This document shows positions 58,448 to 64,000 of a DNA stretch of 64,000 nucleotides, piece by piece (the first letter of the stretch is position 1; each line of letters starts with the position of its first letter). The position numbers were made by a program, and so were the translations under genes. The notes beneath the pieces are model-generated. The model did no database searches. It was not told the origin of the DNA and saw only the letters and a list, made by a program, of their open reading frames with translations. The stretch lies in contig CBDCXM010000009.1 of assembly GCA_965223855.1 (NCBI GenBank), positions 3,040,001-3,104,000 of the forward strand, read 5' to 3'. Origin of the DNA: Candidatus Multivoradales bacterium (GTDB taxonomy: Bacteria; Acidobacteriota; Thermoanaerobaculia; Multivoradales; JAHEKO01).

Positions 58448-59235
58448 TCAGTCGCGCCGCGGTCCGAGAAGGTCCCACCGATTGCCGGCCAGGTCGACAA
58501 ACACGGCCACCTTGCCGTAGGGCTCGTCACGCGGCGGACGGACGATCTCGACGCCGGCCGCCTCGAGCCTCGCGAACGCGCGGTCGAAGTCGTCCGTCCG
58601 CAGGAAGAGTCCCACGCGTCCGGCAAACTGCGCCCCGACCGCCAGCTCCTGCGTGTCACCGTCGGCCTTGGCCAGCAGCAGTCCGGTGCCGCCATCCGGC
58701 GGCGTCACGACCACCCAGCGCTTCGGCCGTCCGTCCGTGGTCAGAGAAGGGGAGTCCTCCGCAAGGTCGAAGCCGAGCACGTCGGTGAAGAAGCGGATCG
58801 CCTCGTCGTAGTCCTCGACGATCAGAGTCACCAGTTCCAGCCGAGACCCTCCGCGTGCGGGCGAAATCGTTCCGGGAACCTCCTCGACGACCGAGGAACC
58901 CGAGCCCTCCCGCCCACCGGTCCAGTGCCACTCCTCGTGGAGCCGCAGCCGTCCGTCGGCCAGCACCTCGGGGGTCGAGCGACAACGACCGGTGCACAGC
59001 TCACCGTCGACGCCTACGTGCTGGTAGCGCATGTCGAGCCGCCCCTCGCCGTCGGCGACGGCCATCAGCTCGAGCCGCCCTGTTCGGCGGCCATCACTCC
59101 GCCGCCCGAGTAACTCGCCTGGACGACCTCGCCCTGCTGGCGGTAGTCGAAGGTCGTCTCCGCCGATACGTCGCCGCCGGGACTGTTCGAGACGCTGCGA
59201 AAGCGCCTGCCGTCGTAGTCGATCTTCGTCGCCAT
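58448..59235 (-). CDS. apparent fusion of a small beta-rich domain with a C-terminal VOC/glyoxalase domain; frameshift near 59070-59095
   Basis: ATG 59235 gives MATKIDYDGRRFRSVSNS...YSGGGV and then stops; another frame continues LDMRYQH...LHEEWHW into VTLIVEDYDEAIRFF...DLAGNRWDL. Confidence 0.65.
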
Positions 59236-59446
59236 GCCGCCAGCATCTCATCCGAAGCGTTGCCGAGCTGCCGCGCGAACGCCGCACGATTGTCGAAGGA
59301 TCGTCACACGAGCCCGCCACGATGTGCACGACCCGAAGGAGCAGCGCGCGTCCTGCGCCTGCCCAACCACGTGGAATCTTGTCTTCACCGAGCCCTGGCT
59401 CGATCCGATCGAAGCCCGGGGCAACGAAAGCTGGAGGAGTAACGAC

Positions 59447-60556
59447 ATGAAGAACAGCTACACCTTCCGGGCGTTGATCGTCCTCGCCGCCGTGGCGATC
59501 GCGGGCGTCGGCTGCTCGAGCCCGTCGCAGGAACCGGCGGCCGAATCGAGCGCCGCGAGTTCGACCGGCACCGTCAGCGGCGGCGGTCGCGACCAGATCC
59601 GCATCGTCGGATCCTCGACCGTCTACCCGTTCGCCACCAAGGTCGCCGAGAGCTTCGGCCGCAAGACCGAGTTCAAGACCCCCGTCATCGAGTCGACCGG
59701 CTCAGGCGGCGGCATCAAGCTCTTCTGCGCCGGCATCGGCGTCGACCACCCCGACATCACCAACGCCTCGCGGGCGATCAAAAGCTCCGAGGTCGAGATG
59801 TGCGCCGCCAACGGCGTTGAGCAAGTCACCGAGGTCAAGATCGGCTACGACGGCATCGTACTCGCGAACGCCCGCTCGACCGACGTCCTCACCATCACCC
59901 TGCAGCAGCTCTGGCTGGCTCTCGCCAAGGACGTTCCCGGCGACGCCGAGGGCGAGCTCAAGCCCAACCCCTACCAGCGGTGGAGCGAGATCGACCCGTC
60001 GCTGCCGGATGCCCGCATCGAGGTGCTCGGCCCGCCGCCGACCTCCGGCACCCGCGACGCCTTCGCCGAGCTGGCGCTCGAGGGCGGCTGCAAGAGCTTC
60101 GACTGGATCAAGGCCGTCAAGGACGAGGACGGCGACCGCTACAAGGCTATCTGCCACTCGATCCGCGAGGACGGCGCCTACGTCGAGGCCGGTGAGAACG
60201 ACAACCTCATCGTCCAGAAGCTCGAAGCCAACCCGGCCGCCTTCGGTGTCTTCGGCTTCAGCTTCCTCGACCAGAACTCCGACAAGGTCCAGGGCTCCGT
60301 CGTCAACGGCGTCGAGCCGACCTTCGACACCATCGCCGCCGGCGACTACCCGGTGTCGCGCCCGCTCTTCTTCTACGTCAAGGGTGCGCATGCCGACGTC
60401 ATCCCCGGCATCCGTGAGTACCTCGCCGAGTTCACCAGTGATGCGGCCTGGGGGGACGACGGCTACCTCGGCGACGCCGGCCTGATCCCCCTTCCCGTCG
60501 AGGAGCGCGCCGCCGTCGGCGAAGCCGCGCGGTCGCTCGCCAGCAACGTAGGCTGA
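59447..60556 (+). CDS. pstS: phosphate ABC transporter substrate-binding lipoprotein
   Basis: IVGSSTVYP, STGSGGG, GPPPTSGTRD and YPVSRPLFFY motifs; GGAGG RBS. Confidence 0.93.
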   Translation: MKNSYTFRALIVLAAVAIAGVGCSSPSQEPAAESSAASSTGTVSGGGRDQIRIVGSSTVYPFATKVAESFGRKTEFKTPVIESTGSGGGIKLFCAGIGVDHPDITNASRAIKSSEVEMCAANGVEQVTEVKIGYDGIVLANARSTDVLTITLQQLWLALAKDVPGDAEGELKPNPYQRWSEIDPSLPDARIEVLGPPPTSGTRDAFAELALEGGCKSFDWIKAVKDEDGDRYKAICHSIREDGAYVEAGENDNLIVQKLEANPAAFGVFGFSFLDQNSDKVQGSVVNGVEPTFDTIAAGDYPVSRPLFFYVKGAHADVIPGIREYLAEFTSDAAWGDDGYLGDAGLIPLPVEERAAVGEAARSLASNVG

Positions 60557-60608
60557 ACGCGACGACCTCCGTCCCTCCCCGGAGAGAGGTCTCGCAGTCC
60601 CAACCGAG

Positions 60609-60638
60609 GCCCCGCCGCCAACGCGGCGGGGTCGTTTT
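60609..60638 (+). terminator. probable intrinsic terminator after pstS
   Basis: ccccgccgc-caac-gcggcgggg hairpin followed by tcgtttt. Confidence 0.6.
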
Positions 60639-60671
60639 GCGTCTGCGCATGGAAGTCCCTACCGGCCCCGA

Positions 60672-60700
60672 TTGACAGCCCGCCGGGCGCTGCCTACGAT
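60672..60700 (+). promoter_or_regulatory. sigma70-type promoter of tRNA-Leu(CAA)
   Basis: TTGACA (60672-60677), 17-bp spacer, TACGAT (60695-60700). Confidence 0.75.
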
Positions 60701-60716
60701 GCACGACGCCCACCAG

Positions 60717-60803
60717 GCCGGAGTGGCGGAATTGGCAGACGCGACGGGCTCAAAATCCGTTTCCCATTAGGGAGTGGGGGTTCGAGTCCCCCCTCCGGCA
60801 CCA
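60717..60803 (+). tRNA. tRNA-Leu(CAA)
   Basis: Anticodon arm ACGGG-CTCAAAA-TCCGT, variable arm, GGTTCGAGTCC, CCA end. Confidence 0.96.
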
Positions 60804-60934
60804 GGTGGCGTCGCCACCTGGTGGTGGAGGGGGGACTCTGACGGCGGTCCGCGTCTCGCGACGCGAACCGGCGGCGAGTCCCCTTGCGCGGGCATACGGT
60901 CTAGAGTAGGGCTTAGATCCGGCGTCATCGCCCC

Positions 60935-61705
60935 ATGCCCGACGACCGTCAACCAACCGAGAACGAGACACCCTACCTCCGATACTTCGGCTTTGTTGGT
61001 GCCGCAGTGCTCGTGGTGGCGGTAGGGTGGGGTACGGCTCCGTGGTGGGCGCCCAGTACGCTTGAGGGCCGCGGGCAGTTTGGCGACTGGTTCGGAGCCG
61101 TCAACGCTCTATTCTCAGGGCTGGCGTTGGCCGGGGTGATCGTCGCGCTCGTGATGCAACGCAAGGAACTCGGCTACCAAAGGAAGGAGCTGAGTCTCAC
61201 TCGCGCGGAGATGGAACTCAGTCGCGGAGAGCTAAGGAGGCAAGCCGAGTCGTCGGAACGCCGCCTTCAGTTCGAGAGCAATCTGGCTATCGCTAACGTC
61301 CAACCGTACTTCCAGCTACGGCTCTGGCAGAGAAGCGACCTGCTCCTGCGCCTCCGACTAAGCAACCACGGAGAGAAGGTCTTCAATCTAGAGGTCAGAG
61401 TCCTAGACGGGCACGCCAAGGCCCGCGACTTGCGCGCGCCAGTGGTGACAAAGGACGAGGTAGTTCTCGAGCTGGAGTGGCCCAGTGACGTTGGTTTCGG
61501 ACCAACCACACTTGGCTTGGTCTACACCGACCTCCTAGGCAAGGAGAAATTCCAGTTGCTTCGGATCGAGAACCCCGTAGGCCACGAGCCCTGGAGGCGC
61601 TTGGACCCCGAATCTGACGAGGAACTCACAGAGGCAGCCCTGGCTCGCAAGCTCGACTGGGCTAGGCGGGCAAGCCTCTTTCCGCCACCTAGCATCGAGC
61701 GCTAG
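60935..61705 (+). CDS. hypothetical two-TM protein with atypical codon usage
   Basis: GQFGDWFGAVNALFSGLALAGVIVALVMQRKEL followed by a coiled coil; many A/T-ending codons (cta, gta, caa). Confidence 0.75.
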   Translation: MPDDRQPTENETPYLRYFGFVGAAVLVVAVGWGTAPWWAPSTLEGRGQFGDWFGAVNALFSGLALAGVIVALVMQRKELGYQRKELSLTRAEMELSRGELRRQAESSERRLQFESNLAIANVQPYFQLRLWQRSDLLLRLRLSNHGEKVFNLEVRVLDGHAKARDLRAPVVTKDEVVLELEWPSDVGFGPTTLGLVYTDLLGKEKFQLLRIENPVGHEPWRRLDPESDEELTEAALARKLDWARRASLFPPPSIER

Positions 61706-61729
61706 GTCTCCGTGCTGGACTAGGGCTCT

Positions 61730-61769
61730 GTTCCCGCTGGAGTGGGGATTCGAGTCCACGCCCGCGACA
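61730..61769 (+). repeat. degenerate copy of the tRNA-Leu(CAA) 3' half (att-like scar)
   Basis: gttcccgctggagtggggattcgagtcc resembles tRNA tttcccattagggagtgggggttcgagtcc. Confidence 0.6.
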
Positions 61770-61911
61770 GGCAAGGGACTCAACTAGCTTGTCCGCACAG
61801 TGCTCTCAAGGTAGGAAGTCAGTATCCGAGAGCAGGAAGGGGCAAATTAGGCGTAAACCGTCCTCATAGAAGGCCAAAGCCGCCAAAGTGGCGCAGTTAG
61901 GGTACTAAATC

Positions 61912-61940
61912 TTGACAATCGGCCGCAATTCTGCTACCTT
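61912..61940 (+). promoter_or_regulatory. sigma70-type promoter upstream of carD
   Basis: TTGACA, 17-bp spacer ending TGc, then TACCTT. Confidence 0.65.
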
Positions 61941-62076
61941 CCGCTAGCTAAGTACTGGGTTCTAAAGCGGTTTCCGCTCTTCAGCCGCCCCCGCCGGAAC
62001 CCTGCCGCCATCCCGCCCAGCCTGCCAGAGAGCCGCAAAGCGAGCTGTCAGAGAGCCTTCAGAGAGGAAGTTGCCT

Positions 62077-62598
62077 GTGCCCTTCAAGATCGGTCAGAAA
62101 GTCGTGTACCCGAACCACGGGGTTTCCCTCATCGAGAAGATCGAGGCCGCCACGTTCGACGACGTGGAGCAGACCTTCTACCACCTGCGGCTGTTCTCCA
62201 ACGAGTCGAAGGTGATGATCCCGAAGGAGAATCTCGATCTGGTCGGCCTGCGGCCGCTCAATGCGCAGAAGGAGATCAACAAGCTCTTCCGGGTGCTGCG
62301 CAACGACACGTTCGAGACCTACAAGGACTGGAAGGGTCGCTACAAGCAGAACCTCGACAAGATGAAGACCGGGGAACTGGGCGAGGTCGCCAAGGTGCTC
62401 AAGAACCTCGAGCTGGTGAGCTCCAAGAAGAGCCTGTCGTTCCGCGAGAAGAAGATGTACGAGCGGGCGAAGTACTTCATCGTCAGCGAGGTGGCGCACG
62501 TCAAGGACATCGACGAGCCGGACGCCGAGAAGCAGGTCGACAAGGCGCTCGCCACGGGGATGTCGAAGCTGATGGCGGCGAACGCCGAAGAGAACTGA
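62077..62598 (+). CDS. carD: CarD family transcriptional regulator
   Basis: FKIGQKVVYPNHGV, VGLR and WKGRYKQN motifs. Confidence 0.93.
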   Translation: MPFKIGQKVVYPNHGVSLIEKIEAATFDDVEQTFYHLRLFSNESKVMIPKENLDLVGLRPLNAQKEINKLFRVLRNDTFETYKDWKGRYKQNLDKMKTGELGEVAKVLKNLELVSSKKSLSFREKKMYERAKYFIVSEVAHVKDIDEPDAEKQVDKALATGMSKLMAANAEEN

Positions 62599-62758
62599 CG
62601 GCTGCGCCGCGATAGCGGCAACAGAGTTCCAGTTCCCAACGGTTGCGGCCTGAGCTCTCTCCAGGCAACGCGGGGAGAGCAGGCGCCGACGGTATCCGTG
62701 CGCTCGCTCCTCCGACATCCATCGGCCTGGGTCGCTGCGGAGTAGGATCTCGACTCTC

Positions 62759-64000
62759 GTGGATGCGCCGATCTTCGTCGATGTCGCCGTTCCGCTGCCG
62801 CTCCCGGAGCCGCTCGCCTACAGCGTCTCGCCGGAGTTCGCGGCGCTCGCCCGGCCCGGAGCGCGGGTGCGGGTGCAGGTCGGCGCCCGCCGTGTCGTCG
62901 GGCTGATCGTCGCCCTCAGGGACGAAGCTCCCGAGGGTGTGCGGCTGCGTCCGGTCGACTCGGTGCTCGACCGCATCCCCGTGCTGCCGGAGGAGCTGCT
63001 CGAGCTGGCGCGCTTCGTCGCCGAGTACTACATGGCACCGATCGGCGAGGTCGTGCGGACGATGCTGCCGGCGAAGCTGCCGCCGTGGGGAGACCAGCGA
63101 GTCTGGCTGACGGATGCTGGCGCGCTCGGGAGGCCGGCGGACGACGACGAGGCGCGGGTGCTCGAGGCGCTCTCGGACGGCGCCCGGCGCTCCCTCGCCG
63201 AGCTGCTGGAACAGACCGGGCTCGACACCCTGCACGAGGTGGTCGAACGGCTGCGCGAGCGCGGCCGGGTGGCGATCGCCGAGCGTCGCACCACCGGGAC
63301 GCGCTACGCCCAGGCGGTCGAGCTCGCCTCGGGCCCGCGCGACGAGCTTCTCGAGCGCTGCGGCCGCTCGAAGCCGGGCCGCGCCGTCGTCGAGCTCCTG
63401 GCCGAGCTCGGGCGGCCGGCGACCACCCGCGAACTCGAGGACCGTGTCGGCTGCGGACCGGGTGTCGTCCGCCGCCTCGTCTCGCTGGGCGTGTTGCGCA
63501 AGTTCACGCAGATCGAACGGCTCGACCTCGACGCACACCGCACCCGTCCGCGGCGCTCGGGCGACGCGATCGTGCTGCGACCGGGGCAGGAGCGAGCGGT
63601 GCGCCGCCTCACCGAGAGCCTCGACGCCGGTGCCTACCGCGGTTTCCTGATGCGCGGCGTGACGAGCTCCGGCAAGACCGAGGTCTACCTGCGGGCGGCG
63701 AGTCATGCGCTCGACGCCGACCGCGGCGTCATCCTGCTGGTGCCGGAGATCGCGCTCGTGCCGGCGCTGGCGAGCGCGGTGCGCCAGCGCTTCGGCGACC
63801 GGGTGGCGATCCTCCATTCCGGCCTCTCGGCCGGCGAGCGGCACCAGGAGTGGGAGCGGATCCGCAGCGGCACCGCACGGGTCGTCCTCGGGCCGCGCTC
63901 GGCGCTCTTCGCTCCGGTGCGCTCGCTCGGCCTGATCGTTGTCGACGAGGAGCACGACGGCTCCTTCAAGCAGGACGCGGTGCCGCGCTACCACGGCCGC
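62759..64000 (+). CDS. priA: primosomal protein N' (runs off window edge)
   Basis: Manual translation: VDVAVPLP...PGARVRV, GVTSSGKTEVY, LVPEIAL, IVVDEEHDGSFKQ, PRYHGR. Confidence 0.95.
   Translation, partial: MDAPIFVDVAVPLPLPEPLAYSVSPEFAALARPGARVRVQVGARRVVGLIVALRDEAPEGVRLRPVDSVLDRIPVLPEELLELARFVAEYYMAPIGEVVRTMLPAKLPPWGDQRVWLTDAGALGRPADDDEARVLEALSDGARRSLAELLEQTGLDTLHEVVERLRERGRVAIAERRTTGTRYAQAVELASGPRDELLERCGRSKPGRAVVELLAELGRPATTRELEDRVGCGPGVVRRLVSLGVLRKFTQIERLDLDAHRTRPRRSGDAIVLRPGQERAVRRLTESLDAGAYRGFLMRGVTSSGKTEVYLRAASHALDADRGVILLVPEIALVPALASAVRQRFGDRVAILHSGLSAGERHQEWERIRSGTARVVLGPRSALFAPVRSLGLIVVDEEHDGSFKQDAVPRYHGR

Noticed and set aside
59290-59311. Pho box upstream of pstS
   Set aside because: Two GTC half-sites 11 bp apart are present but match the consensus poorly; too weak to call.

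Overview
GC-rich bacterial chromosomal window, probably Acidobacteriota (inferred from gene content and C-terminal IFxDxFESGD motifs). It is mostly housekeeping, transport and metabolic genes: acpS, thiE-like, def, cysS, ppk2, kefF/kefC, copAB, a two-subunit RND system, msrA, ychF, dnaB, purC, pepA, a TolC/MacAB-like exporter, a fatty-acid oxidation cluster, pstS, carD and priA, plus five tRNA genes (Gly, Cys, two Leu-TAA, Leu-CAA). Main points of interest: (1) two back-to-back small Cys-containing leader ORFs, one ending in RAPP upstream of a His-rich TonB receptor and one Pro-rich upstream of copAB, each with a perfect 8-bp anti-SD stem, suggesting a divergent metal-sensing ribosome-stalling switch. 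(2) A RAYT-type HUH transposase bracketed by an 18-bp non-palindromic motif. The motif recurs as a six-copy array 15 kb away and sits at three gene 3' ends, and the transposase has a conserved structured non-coding 3' flank. (3) A shared C-terminal motif on two unrelated secreted proteins. (4) A one-gene island at tRNA-Leu(CAA). The 14.8-19.0 kb duplication and several frameshifts look like noisy long-read assembly. All calls are from reading the sequence by eye; no searches were run.
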